Source: an uncultured Gemmatimonadota bacterium
Lineage (GTDB): Bacteria; GCA-2686955
NCBI GenBank assembly: GCA_964490075.1
Contig: CAZBBK010000015.1
Coordinates: 1-64,000 of the forward strand
Length of the DNA stretch: 64,000 bases
Direction: 5' to 3'
Part shown: one piece after another, positions 29,563 through 39,387 of the stretch
Layout of the letters: each line of letters opens with the position of its first letter
Numbering within the stretch: position 1 is the stretch's first letter
Notes under the pieces: model-generated
What the model was told of the DNA's origin: nothing
Database searches by the model: none
The model's input: the letters and a program-made list of their open reading frames with translations, nothing else
Made by a program: the position numbers and the translations under genes

Positions 29563-30762
29563 ATGGGCACCGCCATCCTCTTTCTGGCCATGGGCTTCGT
29601 GGCCTCGGTCGGGGTCACCATGCTGAACATGAATCGGGTGCGATCCGACGTTACCCATACCCACGTGACCGCCTATGAGCATCATGTGGCCCGGGACTGC
29701 GCCCGCAGCGGCGCCCACCTGGCATTGCGGGCAGTGATGGAAGACGCCGATTGGCGCGACGGCTTCGATCAGGCACAGCTAGCCAGCGGCACATTTTCCG
29801 TCACCATCGACGACGCGGGAACCGACGGCACGCTGGCCTACAACGAGATCCGCATCACCTCGCAAGGCGACTACGCGGGCACCGATCAGACCATCGTCGC
29901 CATGCTCGAGCGGCGGGCCTTCTCCCACTACGCCTATTTCACCGACTACGAGCCCCAGATCTGGTTCATCACCGGCGACACGATTCAGGGACCGGTGCAC
30001 ACCAACGGCCGATTTCATATCTGGGGCGGACCGGTGTTCCAGGGGCATGTGACCAGCGTCGCCGAGGACTACGCCACCTGGCACGGCTACCATTTTCCGG
30101 AGTTCCAGGAGGGCGCGGAGTTCGGCGTGCCGCCGATCGAGCTGCCGGTCGACCTGGAGATGACGCGAATCGCGGCCCAGCAAGGAGGACACACTTTCTA
30201 CGAGGAGACCTGGCTGACCTTCACCGAAGAGGGTGACGTGGAGTGGGTCACCGAGGGCGGCGGATCCGGCACCTGGTCGCTCTCGAGCTTCAACGGCGTG
30301 ATCTACGTCGACGGCAGTCATGACGTGCACGTTGAAGGCATGGTCGACGGCGAGGTGACGGTGGCGACCGAAGGCAGCATCGGCATCGACGGCGATCTCA
30401 CCTACAAGGAGGATCCACGCGACAATCCCGAGTCGGACGACTTCGCCGGACTGGTGGCCTGGGAGGATGTGTACGTCGCCGACAACGCGGCCAATCACAA
30501 CAACTGCAACATTCACGCCTCGATCATGGCCGTGGAGGGCAGCTTCTACGTCGAGAACTACAGCCAGGGCTCGCCGCGCGGCACCCTGGGGATTCTCGGT
30601 GGCGTCATTCAGCAGCAGCGCGGACCGGTCGGAACCTTCAACCGCTACGGAATCGTCTCCGGCTATCAGAAGAAGTACATCTACGACGAGCGGCTGATGG
30701 AGTCGGCGCCGCCGGCCTTCCCGATCATCGATCGACCGGTGATGGTGGCCTGGATCGAGTGA
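29563..30762 (+). CDS. PilX-like N-terminal domain protein with DUF4900-like C-terminal domain
   Basis: N-terminal helix then ARDCARSGAHLAL, IRITSQG, FSHYAYFTD, GPVHTNG, G.L.ILGGVIQ, GYQKKYIYDERL...PPAFP. Confidence 0.7.
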   Translation: MGTAILFLAMGFVASVGVTMLNMNRVRSDVTHTHVTAYEHHVARDCARSGAHLALRAVMEDADWRDGFDQAQLASGTFSVTIDDAGTDGTLAYNEIRITSQGDYAGTDQTIVAMLERRAFSHYAYFTDYEPQIWFITGDTIQGPVHTNGRFHIWGGPVFQGHVTSVAEDYATWHGYHFPEFQEGAEFGVPPIELPVDLEMTRIAAQQGGHTFYEETWLTFTEEGDVEWVTEGGGSGTWSLSSFNGVIYVDGSHDVHVEGMVDGEVTVATEGSIGIDGDLTYKEDPRDNPESDDFAGLVAWEDVYVADNAANHNNCNIHASIMAVEGSFYVENYSQGSPRGTLGILGGVIQQQRGPVGTFNRYGIVSGYQKKYIYDERLMESAPPAFPIIDRPVMVAWIE

Positions 30763-31836
30763 CTACTGCGGAAATCTGTCTCGAAAAAGGGGCTCGCGCT
30801 CGATCGGCCGCACCTCGACCCCCTCGATCGAGGCCACGAAATCCGCGCCGAAGGCCTGGGCCGGAGTGTGGGCGCCCGCCCCGATCCCCTCCCGCACGCG
30901 GCGCAGCGCGGCGATCGCCGCGTCGGCGGTGAACAGGTAGGGGTCGGGCAGCAGCATCGCACCGCTGCGGCTCTCCCCCTCCGGCTCCATCGCCTCTCCC
31001 CACACCTCGACCCGCCCGCCGGGCGGGCGGTCGGAGCGTCTGCCGAAGGGCTTGAGCGCGGCGCGGAGCAGGCCCTGTACCGGCCTGGACGCCGCAACCC
31101 CGGGCCAACGGTCCGCGATCCGGGCGGCCGCGACCCCTCCCCGGGGCAGAACGGTGAAGGTGGTGATGTTGGCGATGGCGGTGCTGCGATGGGCGCAGGC
31201 CAGATCCCCGAGCGGCACCGAAAAAGCCATGCGCTTGCCGGAGGGGAAGTCGATCCGGCGGTTTCGCCAACCCGCCGGCACGGCGCGCAGTCGGCCCTCG
31301 ATGCGGGCCCAGCCACCGCGCGGCAGCCCTTCGGCGATCGTCCTCAGGGTGCCGGCGCTGGGCGATCCGAAGACCACGAGGGCGAGATCGAGGTGGGTGG
31401 CCGCGGGCAGCGCGGCGGAGAGCGAGAGCGCCAGGCAATCGGTCGGCACCACATCGAGCCCCACTCCGGGCACCAGGGCCACACCCGCCTCGCGGGCCTC
31501 ACCGTCGCGGGCGAAGATCTGCTCGAAGACCTCGATCTCGCCGGTCACATCGAGATAGTGGACCCCGGCGGCCAGACAGGCGTCGACCATCGGAGCATGG
31601 GTGGCGGAGAAGGGGCCGGCCATGTGCACCACCGCGTCGACGCCTTCGAGGGCGCCGGCGATCGCCCGCCGATCATCGAGCCGAAAGACGCGGTGCTCGA
31701 GGGCCAGCTCCTCAGCGAGCTGCCGCAGCGGCCGCGCGCGGCGGCCGGCCAGGATGGGATTCAGACGCTGCGAGGCCGCGCGCCGGGCGGTGAGCCGGCC
31801 GGTGTAGCCGTTGGCGCCGTAGATCATCCAGCGCAT
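30763..31836 (-). CDS. Saccharopine dehydrogenase-like NADP-binding / trans-acting enoyl reductase family oxidoreductase
   Basis: IYGANGYTG, LAGR, HMAGPF, HYLDVTGE, GVGLDVVPTD, SAGTLRT; GGAGG RBS. Confidence 0.85.
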   Translation of the reverse strand: MRWMIYGANGYTGRLTARRAASQRLNPILAGRRARPLRQLAEELALEHRVFRLDDRRAIAGALEGVDAVVHMAGPFSATHAPMVDACLAAGVHYLDVTGEIEVFEQIFARDGEAREAGVALVPGVGLDVVPTDCLALSLSAALPAATHLDLALVVFGSPSAGTLRTIAEGLPRGGWARIEGRLRAVPAGWRNRRIDFPSGKRMAFSVPLGDLACAHRSTAIANITTFTVLPRGGVAAARIADRWPGVAASRPVQGLLRAALKPFGRRSDRPPGGRVEVWGEAMEPEGESRSGAMLLPDPYLFTADAAIAALRRVREGIGAGAHTPAQAFGADFVASIEGVEVRPIEREPLFRDRFPQ

Positions 31837-32024
31837 CGTTTCCTCCGTTTCGGAGCGGGCTCCATCGTCCAATAATGCGCGCGCTTCCCGCGACGCCCGA
31901 GCGGCCGGATGCTACCCTGACCGGCGCCGTGACGGAACGTGACGTACGATGGCGCAATGGACAACGCACTCGTGCCCCCGGTGCCCGGAGTGCGGAGCAG
32001 ACCGGCATCCCAAGGAGATGCGAG

Positions 32025-32906
32025 ATGACTGAACGAATCGAGATGGAGGAGGCGCTGGTAGAGCTGATTCGCCTGGCCTCGACCAACCTGCCACCCGACC
32101 AGATCGCGGCTCTGGAGCAAGCCGCCCAGCGCGAGCCCGAAGGCAGCATGGCCCGCAAGACCTTCGAGATGATGTTGCGCAACGCGGCCGCGGCGTCGGA
32201 ATCATCGATCCCCACCTGCCAGGATACCGGCACGCTGCTCTTCTACGTCGACGCCGGCCCCGAAGTTCGCCAGCGCGCCCTCACCGAGCAGATCGAGGCC
32301 GCTGTTCGCGAGGCGACCAGCCGTACCTACCTGCGCCCCAACGCGGTCGATTCGCTGACCGGCAAGAACAGCGGCGACAACATCGGCACCGGATCGCCCT
32401 ACGTGCACTTCGAGCAGCGCGACCAGCCGGGCATCGCGGTGCGGCTGATGCTGAAAGGGGGCGGTTCCGAAAACGTCGGCCACCAGTACACCCTGCCCGA
32501 CGGCGAGCTGGGCGCTGGAAGAGACATGGAGGGCGTGCGGCGCTGCGTGGTCGACGCGGTGTTCAAGGCCCAGGGCTTCGGCTGCGCGCCGGGCGTGATC
32601 GGTGTCGGAGTCGGCGGCGATCGAATGTCATCGTTTCTGGCGTCCAAGGTGTCGCTTTTCCGCAAGGTCGACGATCGCCATTCCGACCCCGAGATCGCTG
32701 CCTTCGAGAGCCGGCTGCTGGAGGAGTGCAACGCGCTGGGAATCGGGCCGATGGGATTCGGAGGAGCGACCACCGCGCTCGGCGTCAAAGTGTCGTTTCG
32801 ACACCGCGTGCCGGCCAGCTTCTTCGTGTCGGTGACCTACATGTGCTGGGCCAACCGCAAGGCGATGATGAGCTACCGCGACGGTGTCGCCGAGTTCGAG
32901 CAGTAG
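32025..32906 (+). CDS. Class I Fe-S fumarate hydratase / tartrate dehydratase family, alpha subunit
   Basis: PTCQDTG, YLRPNAVD, LKGGGSEN, GCAPG..GVGVGG, GIGPMGFGG, HRVPAS, MCWANR. Confidence 0.92.
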   Translation: MTERIEMEEALVELIRLASTNLPPDQIAALEQAAQREPEGSMARKTFEMMLRNAAAASESSIPTCQDTGTLLFYVDAGPEVRQRALTEQIEAAVREATSRTYLRPNAVDSLTGKNSGDNIGTGSPYVHFEQRDQPGIAVRLMLKGGGSENVGHQYTLPDGELGAGRDMEGVRRCVVDAVFKAQGFGCAPGVIGVGVGGDRMSSFLASKVSLFRKVDDRHSDPEIAAFESRLLEECNALGIGPMGFGGATTALGVKVSFRHRVPASFFVSVTYMCWANRKAMMSYRDGVAEFEQ

Positions 32907-32918
32907 GAGGACGGAACG

Positions 32919-33503
32919 ATGACGAAGAAGCTCAATCTGCCGGCCAGCGAAGAAGCGATCCGGGCGCTGCGCTGCGGCGACCTGGTCGAGATCAGCGGAA
33001 CCATGGTCACCGGGCGCGACAACGTACACAAATACTTGGTGGAGAACGACGACGCGCGAGCGCGCGAGCTGCTCCAGGGCACGCTGATCTACCACTGCGG
33101 GCCGGTGGTGCAGCAGGATGGCGAGGGCAACTGGCGCTTCGTGGCCGCCGGGCCGACCACGTCGATTCGCGAAGAGCCCTACCAGGCGACCGTTTTCGAG
33201 CGCTACGGCGTGCGCGGCGCGATCGGCAAGGGGGGCATGGGCCCCAACACGCTGGCGGCCTGCGAGCGCCTCGGCGCGGTCTACCTGCACGCCATCGGCG
33301 GCCTGGCGGTGTTGCTCGGCCGCTCGGTGAAGCGCGTGAACGAGGTGCTGTGGCTCGAGGAGTTCGGAACGCCCGAGGCGATGTGGGTGATCGAGGTCGA
33401 GGATTTCCCGGTGATCGTCACCATGGATTCGCACGGCGAAAGCCTGCACGAAAGCGTGCTGGAGGCGTCGACCAAGAGGTACCAGGATCTGATTGGTGGC
33501 TGA
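32919..33503 (+). CDS. Class I fumarate hydratase family, beta subunit
   Basis: TGRD..HK, IYHCGPV, AGPTTSIRE, IGKGGMG, GTPEAMW, MDSHG. Confidence 0.92.
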   Translation: MTKKLNLPASEEAIRALRCGDLVEISGTMVTGRDNVHKYLVENDDARARELLQGTLIYHCGPVVQQDGEGNWRFVAAGPTTSIREEPYQATVFERYGVRGAIGKGGMGPNTLAACERLGAVYLHAIGGLAVLLGRSVKRVNEVLWLEEFGTPEAMWVIEVEDFPVIVTMDSHGESLHESVLEASTKRYQDLIGG

Positions 33504-33512
33504 GACCGGCCC

Positions 33513-34409
33513 TCAGCGCACCGCCGTCGGATCGACCGCGTCCTGCAGGGCGTCGGTGAAGATGTTGAAGGCCAGCACCAGCACGAACATGAACGCGGTC
33601 GCGGCGCCGATTTGCCAGTAGAAATCGATCGCCAGCTCGGCCCGCGACTGGTCGATCATCACGCCCCAGGAAGGCTGGTTCTGCACTCCCAGGTTGAGGA
33701 AGCTCAGAATCACTTCGCTCTTGATCGCGCCGATGAAGGTCAGCGAGAAGTAGACGAAAACCAGGTGCGCCACGTTCGGGATGATGTGACGCAGCAGGAT
33801 CCTGCGGCGGCTCAGCCCCAGTGCGCGGGCCGCCTGCACGTACTCTTCGCCGCGGATCTTCAGCACCTCACCGCGGATCACCCGGCAGGGTCCGACCCAG
33901 AAGGTGGCGCCGAATGCCAGGTAGACGGTGGTGATGCCGGGGCCGAATACCGAGGCGGCGGAGTACGAGAGTACCAGCAGCAGCAACAGATAGGGAATCG
34001 ACTCGATCGTCGAGTAGAGCCAGACTACCGCGTCGTCCACCCGTCCGCCGAAGTAGCCAGCCATGCTGCCGACAATGGTCCCCACGGTCACGGCGATGAT
34101 TCCAGTCACCAGACCGACGCTGATCGCCACGTTGATGCTGTAGATCGCCCGCACCAGGATGCTGCGCCCTTGGCGATCGGTCCCCAGCCAGTGTTGCCAG
34201 CTTTCGGCGGCGGGATCGGTGTAGTAGGCGACCTGCTGCTCCTCGGTGACGATCGGACGGTCGTGATAGGCGCCGATCGCTTCGAAGAAATGCAGCCGCA
34301 CCAAGAGCGCGATCAGTGCGTAGAGCGCGATGACGAAGAAGGAAAACATCGCCATCCGGTCGCGCCGGAGCTTGCGCAGCGCTCGACCGTCGATCCACGA
34401 GCCGGGCAT
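33513..34409 (-). CDS. Peptide/nickel ABC transporter permease (DppC/OppC-like)
   Basis: HWLGTDRQGRS, EYVQAARALG...RHIIPN EAA loop, LSFLNLG, PSWG. Confidence 0.92.
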   Translation of the reverse strand: MPGSWIDGRALRKLRRDRMAMFSFFVIALYALIALLVRLHFFEAIGAYHDRPIVTEEQQVAYYTDPAAESWQHWLGTDRQGRSILVRAIYSINVAISVGLVTGIIAVTVGTIVGSMAGYFGGRVDDAVVWLYSTIESIPYLLLLLVLSYSAASVFGPGITTVYLAFGATFWVGPCRVIRGEVLKIRGEEYVQAARALGLSRRRILLRHIIPNVAHLVFVYFSLTFIGAIKSEVILSFLNLGVQNQPSWGVMIDQSRAELAIDFYWQIGAATAFMFVLVLAFNIFTDALQDAVDPTAVR

Positions 34410-35344
34410 CAGTGCAACCTCACGCGCGGATCGGCCCAGGCATAGAGCACGTCGGTCAAGATATTGGCCAGGATGAACAGGCTCGAGATCAGGAAGGTCA
34501 GCGCCTTGATCACCGGGTAGTCCTGCTCGTTCAGGGCGCTGAGCATCTGCTGGCCGAGCCCTGGTATGCCGAAGAAAGCCTCGATCAAGAGCGATCCGGT
34601 CACCAGGAAGGGCACGGCGATCATGACGCGCGTGATGATCGGGATCATGGCGTTGCGCAGCATGTGCTTCCACATCACCTGGCGGCTCGAGAGCCCCTTC
34701 GCGAAGGCGGTCGTGACATATTGCTTCGAGACTTCGTTGACCATCACCGATCGATAGAAGCGCACGTCGTATCCGACGCCGACCACCACCTGGATCAGAA
34801 TCGGCAGGTAGAGATACTTCCACCGTCCCAGCAGGCTCGAGTCGTAGCCGTAGATCTCGAAGAGTCCGCCGCGAAAGGCCACGAAGTACTGACCGGCGAC
34901 GATGTAGACCAAGAACGACACGCTCATGCCCAGCACCGCGCCCACCACCACGCCGCGATCGAGCAGGCGGCCGCGGTGAAAGGCCGAGATCATGCCCAGC
35001 GTGATGCTCAAGAGCGTCGTCAGGAAGAGCGCCGGTGCCGTGATCGAGAGCGAAGGGCCGACCCGCAGCGCGATCAACTGCATCACCGGTTCGCGGGTGA
35101 CGAACGACGCGCCGAAGTCGAGCGAGGCGATCTCTCGCAGGTAGCGCAAGTACTGTATCGGCAGGCTCTGGTCCAGTCCGAACTCCGCCTGCAGCGCCGC
35201 GATGTCGTCGTGGGTGGCGCTCTTGCCCAGGCGCGCCAACACCGGGTCGCCGCCGAACACATTGAGCAAGAGGAAGGTGATCAGAGTCACGCCGAGCAAG
35301 ATCGGAACCCCCTGGATGAGGCGTCGAACGACATAGGCACCCAT
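34409..35344 (-). CDS. Peptide/nickel ABC transporter permease (DppB/OppB-like)
   Basis: YVVRRL, GGDP, GLDQSLPIQY, DFGASF, YVTTAFAKGL...KHMLRNAMIP, FGIPGLG, DYPVI. Confidence 0.92.
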   Translation of the reverse strand: MGAYVVRRLIQGVPILLGVTLITFLLLNVFGGDPVLARLGKSATHDDIAALQAEFGLDQSLPIQYLRYLREIASLDFGASFVTREPVMQLIALRVGPSLSITAPALFLTTLLSITLGMISAFHRGRLLDRGVVVGAVLGMSVSFLVYIVAGQYFVAFRGGLFEIYGYDSSLLGRWKYLYLPILIQVVVGVGYDVRFYRSVMVNEVSKQYVTTAFAKGLSSRQVMWKHMLRNAMIPIITRVMIAVPFLVTGSLLIEAFFGIPGLGQQMLSALNEQDYPVIKALTFLISSLFILANILTDVLYAWADPRVRLH

Positions 35345-35345
35345 C

Positions 35346-37178
35346 TCAGCTCTCCCCGTCCACCACGTCGAGGTATTGCCACCAAGAGGAGTAGACCTCT
35401 TCCGGCCTGAAGTTGCGCAGCCGGCGTTGCACGAGGTAGTTGCGGGTTCTCGCCATCGATCCGATCATCGGCGCCTGATCGATCACGATCTCGCGCAGGC
35501 GCGTGTAGATCTGTGTCCTTTCGGGCGAAGGCAGCATCGTCTTGGCAGCCTCGAAGAGGGAATCGTACTCGGCATCGGCGAAGTTGAAGTTGTTGCTTCC
35601 AGGAGATGCGTTCGGTCCGTAGAAGAGCTGCAGGAAGTTCTCCGCGTCGGGGTAATCGGCGCCCCAGGCCAGGCCGAAGAACTGCGCCTTGCGCTTCTTC
35701 AGCTTGTCGTTGAGCTCGGGAAAGGAGTTGAAGCTGGCTTCGAGGCGGATGCCGATCTCGGCCAGCTGGCGCTTGAGCATCTGCGCCTGCTCCTGGCTGT
35801 TGCTGCCGCGCGAGGTCTCGTAGCGCAAGGGCGGCAGGCTCTCCACCATACCGGCGCTGCCCTCGGGCAGCATCGGCACCGGGTGCCCGGCGCGCGCCAT
35901 CAGCGCGCGGGCGGCATCGAGATCGCGCGCGCGATGGCCCGGCACGAAGCCCTCGAGCCCGGGCGGGATCGGGCCCTGGTAAAGAGTGTTGCGACCGTTG
36001 TAGAAGGCGTGGTTGCGGGCCTCGAGATCGACCGCGTAGCCGATCGCCCGGCGCACCAGCTTCATTTCCGGCGGCTGCCCCCAAACCGGGTCTTCCATGT
36101 TGAATCCCCAGTAGATCAGGTCGAGCAGCGGCAGCGGATGAGCCCGAATCCCCTTCTCCTCGAGCTCGGGGCGCGCGGTCGCGTCCTTGCGAAAGACGGT
36201 CGGCCAGTACTCCGAGGGCACCTGGGTGAGATCGAGATCGCCGCGCCGGAACTTCAGCCACATCGGCTGGTCCTGCTCGAAGATCTCGAGCACGATGCGG
36301 TCGATGAAGGGCAGGTCACGGCCGGCGTAGTCGCCCATCCCCAGGGCCAGCTCGGTGGAGTCCAGGTCGGTCGGGAAGCTCTCCCCGTGCCAGGTCGGAT
36401 TGCGCTCCAGGATCAGCCAGCTGCCGCGGCGGAACTCCCGAACGCGGTAGGGTCCGGTTCCGACCGGCCGGTTGCCGAACTCCAGATCGTAGTGCTCGAC
36501 CGCCTCGCGCGGCACGATCGAGGCGTAGGGCATCGCCAGTACGTAGAGCAGCTGCGGAAAGGGCTGCGTCAAGACGATCTCGAAGCGCCGGTCGTCGATC
36601 TTCCGCAGGCCCTCGATCGGCCGGTCGTAGTCGAAGCGGAATCGGTCCAGGCGCCCCTCGGCGGCATGCCGCGCCCGCCGCTCGGCCTCCTCCGCCTTGT
36701 AGCGGTCGAGCCCCTCGATTCTCCCCTCGAAGAGCCAGTAGCCGGTGGGGCCCCAATGCGCATCGCACATGCGCCGGATGCTGTAGAAGACATCATCGGT
36801 GGTGAGCTCGGGGCCGCGGCCGCCGGTCGACCGGAAGGCGGGATCGTCCTGGAAACGCACGCCGGGGCGCAGCTCGAAGGAATAGACCCGGCCGTCGGCC
36901 GACACTTCGGGAAGCGCAATCGCCAACGCCGGCCTGAGCTGGAAGGGGCGTCGCGGGTAGCGGTAGTCGACCAGGCGCTCGAAGATCGGGCTCGAGGCCA
37001 GGCTGGAATACTGGGTGCCGCCGCGCACCGGATCGAGGTTGCCGATTCGCGCCCGCAAAGGGACGCGCAGCACCTTGCGCTCGGGCTCCGGCGCTGCGTT
37101 TCCATCGCACGCGCTGAGCAGTCCCGAGAGCAGGACGCCGAGGACGATCAGCGGCAGGATGCTGCGCTGGTGTTGCAT
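35346..37178 (-). CDS. ABC transporter substrate-binding lipoprotein, family 5
   Basis: Lipobox LLSAC; LDP, LRPGVRFQDD, PVGTGPY, WGADYPDAENFL. Confidence 0.92.
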   Translation of the reverse strand: MQHQRSILPLIVLGVLLSGLLSACDGNAAPEPERKVLRVPLRARIGNLDPVRGGTQYSSLASSPIFERLVDYRYPRRPFQLRPALAIALPEVSADGRVYSFELRPGVRFQDDPAFRSTGGRGPELTTDDVFYSIRRMCDAHWGPTGYWLFEGRIEGLDRYKAEEAERRARHAAEGRLDRFRFDYDRPIEGLRKIDDRRFEIVLTQPFPQLLYVLAMPYASIVPREAVEHYDLEFGNRPVGTGPYRVREFRRGSWLILERNPTWHGESFPTDLDSTELALGMGDYAGRDLPFIDRIVLEIFEQDQPMWLKFRRGDLDLTQVPSEYWPTVFRKDATARPELEEKGIRAHPLPLLDLIYWGFNMEDPVWGQPPEMKLVRRAIGYAVDLEARNHAFYNGRNTLYQGPIPPGLEGFVPGHRARDLDAARALMARAGHPVPMLPEGSAGMVESLPPLRYETSRGSNSQEQAQMLKRQLAEIGIRLEASFNSFPELNDKLKKRKAQFFGLAWGADYPDAENFLQLFYGPNASPGSNNFNFADAEYDSLFEAAKTMLPSPERTQIYTRLREIVIDQAPMIGSMARTRNYLVQRRLRNFRPEEVYSSWWQYLDVVDGES

Positions 37179-37254
37179 CGGTAGTGGGGCAGAGTTCCTG
37201 ACGGACGTTGGCGCACCGATTGTATGCTCCCGCGGTCGTTCACCGGAGCCATCC

Positions 37255-38568
37255 ATGGCCAAGGACCCCGAAGAGATCCCGACCTCGAGCCTCGGCCGCT
37301 TGTTGCGCCTGGGGGGAGTGGTGTCGAGCGTCGGCGCCAGCAGTGCGCTGGAGCGCGTCGTCTCGGCCTTCCTCCCTCCCGAGACCCGCGCCCGGCGGCG
37401 CGCGGAAATCTGGGCGCGCAATGGCGAGAAGCTGGCCGCTGCGCTGGGCCGGCTGAAGGGCGGGCCGATGAAGATCGGTCAGATGCTCTCCTTGCAGGAC
37501 GAACTTCTGCCGCCGGAGCTCTCGCACTTCCTGCGCCTGTTGCAGAAGGACGCCCCCCCGGTGCCCTTCGAACGCCTCAAGCGGGTGGTACGAGACGATT
37601 TCCGCCCTTACCGCGAAGTCTTCGCCGAGATCGAGCCCGAGCCCTTGGCGTCGGCGTCGATCGGCCAGGTGCACCGCGGCGCGACCGTCGATGGGCGGGC
37701 GGTGGCGATCAAGATCCAGTACCCCGGGATTCGCCGGATGATCCGCGCCGACCTGAAGAACCTGAAGGGACTTTTCGAGGTCTTGGGGACGATCTACTTC
37801 CGGATAGACATCGAGCCGATCTGGCGCGAGCTCGAGACCCGCTTGCTCGAAGAGCTGGATTACGAGACCGAGCTAGCCAACCAGCAGCTCTTCCGGAGCA
37901 TCTACCAGGACCACCGCGGGATCGCCGTGCCGGAGCCGATCCCCGAGGCGTGCAGCGGGCGCGTACTGACCACCGCTCTGGAGCGGGGGATGTCGATGGA
38001 CGAGATCCTCACCGAGCGGGTCGACCCCGAGGAGCGGGATCAATGGGGCGAGCTGCTCTTCGGCGAGCTGCTGGCGCAGATCTTCGAGCACCGCATCGTT
38101 CATAGCGATCCCAACGCCGCCAACTTCGCCTTCCTGCCGGAAGGCCGCGTGGTGGTGTACGATTTCGGCAGCGTCAAGCGGGTGCCCGACGAGCTTCTAC
38201 ACGGCTACCGAGCGATCGTGCGCGCCGTCCTGGACCGACGCTGGTCCGATCTGCCGGAGCTGATCGCCGCGCTCGGCATCGCCCACCCCGACGGCCGGCC
38301 GGTCGATCCCAAGCTGGTGGAGCCGTATTTCCGCCTCTTCGAGCCGCTGCTCTCGGGGCAGCACCGTCTGGCCGGCGAAGGCGAGCCGCTGCTCGAGGAG
38401 ATGATGCGCAGGGGCCGCCTGATGGCCGGCGAGAGCCGCGACCTCAGCTTTCCGCCCGATGCGGTGTTCATCCACCGCGCGGCGGCCGGGATGTTCGGCA
38501 ATCTCTGTCGGATGCGGGCCAAGGTCGATTGGGGAGATCTGCTCGATCGCGCCACCGGCGATCGCTGA
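37255..38568 (+). CDS. ABC1/AarF/UbiB family atypical kinase
   Basis: LKGGPMKIGQMLS (KxGQ), ASASIGQVH, VAIKIQYPG, EELDY..E, HSDPNAANF, YDFG. Confidence 0.92.
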   Translation: MAKDPEEIPTSSLGRLLRLGGVVSSVGASSALERVVSAFLPPETRARRRAEIWARNGEKLAAALGRLKGGPMKIGQMLSLQDELLPPELSHFLRLLQKDAPPVPFERLKRVVRDDFRPYREVFAEIEPEPLASASIGQVHRGATVDGRAVAIKIQYPGIRRMIRADLKNLKGLFEVLGTIYFRIDIEPIWRELETRLLEELDYETELANQQLFRSIYQDHRGIAVPEPIPEACSGRVLTTALERGMSMDEILTERVDPEERDQWGELLFGELLAQIFEHRIVHSDPNAANFAFLPEGRVVVYDFGSVKRVPDELLHGYRAIVRAVLDRRWSDLPELIAALGIAHPDGRPVDPKLVEPYFRLFEPLLSGQHRLAGEGEPLLEEMMRRGRLMAGESRDLSFPPDAVFIHRAAAGMFGNLCRMRAKVDWGDLLDRATGDR

Positions 38569-38574
38569 TGGTGG

Positions 38575-39387
38575 CTACACTTCGATCTGGGTGCCCAGTG
38601 TCTCGCCCAGCAGCGCACGCTCCACATTGCGCGCACCCATGGCGTCGAAAATCGTCACCCGGATTCCGCCCAGACAGGCACGGATCTCCTGCAGCTTGCG
38701 CGCCATCCCTCCCGTCACGTCGACCGTGGTGGCACCCTGCACCGACTGCATCACCGCGGCGAAGCTCTCGGCGCTGATGCGTTCGATCCGACGGGCCCGC
38801 GGATCGATCTTCGGGTCGCCCGCGAAGACGCCATCGACGTCGGTGCCCATCAGCACCCGCGCGGCGCCCAGCGCGGGCGCCAGGTGGGCTACGATGGCAT
38901 CACCCGATACCACGCTGGCCTGCAACGCATCGTCCAACACCATGTCGCCGTACAGAACCGGCACGATCTCCGCGTCGAGCTCCAGAAGCCCGCGCACGAA
39001 CGCTGTTTCGAAAGAGACGATTTTGCGGTCGCGCTGTCGAATGCAGGCGCTGGGTTGGATCGGGAACCCCAGCAGGCCCTCTGCGCGGAGCTCGCACATC
39101 ACGGCGTAGTTGAGATCCTCCATGGAGTTGTGCGTGCGCACGAAGCCCTCGATCCCGCGCGGCACGCCGAGCCCGCCGGCGATCGAGTAGTCGCTCACCA
39201 TGGTGTGGCCGAAGGGCCCCGCGCCGTGCACCAGAACCAGGCGCAGCGCATGGCGCTCACGCGCGGCAGCGATCTCGCCCGCAATGCGCCGCACTTCGTC
39301 GCGCCGCACCTCGAAGCGGTTGGACTCCTTTTCGGTGATGACGCTGCCACCGATCTTCAGCACCACGGTCTCGATCCGCGCCATCAT
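38575..39387 (-). CDS. ipk: Isopentenyl phosphate kinase (amino-acid-kinase family)
   Basis: LKIGGSVITEK, LVHGAGPFGH (IPK signature His), PVLYGDMV, VSGDAI, TDVDGVF, DVTGGMARK; TAATG coupling to upstream gene. Confidence 0.88.
   Translation of the reverse strand: MMARIETVVLKIGGSVITEKESNRFEVRRDEVRRIAGEIAAARERHALRLVLVHGAGPFGHTMVSDYSIAGGLGVPRGIEGFVRTHNSMEDLNYAVMCELRAEGLLGFPIQPSACIRQRDRKIVSFETAFVRGLLELDAEIVPVLYGDMVLDDALQASVVSGDAIVAHLAPALGAARVLMGTDVDGVFAGDPKIDPRARRIERISAESFAAVMQSVQGATTVDVTGGMARKLQEIRACLGGIRVTIFDAMGARNVERALLGETLGTQIEV

Noticed and set aside
30763-31836. Saccharopine-pathway lysine catabolism linking this gene to ALDH7 at 14146
   Set aside because: The protein has GANGYTG/HYLDVTGE motifs of the enoyl-reductase-like subfamily and lies about 15 kb away; no evidence of a functional link.
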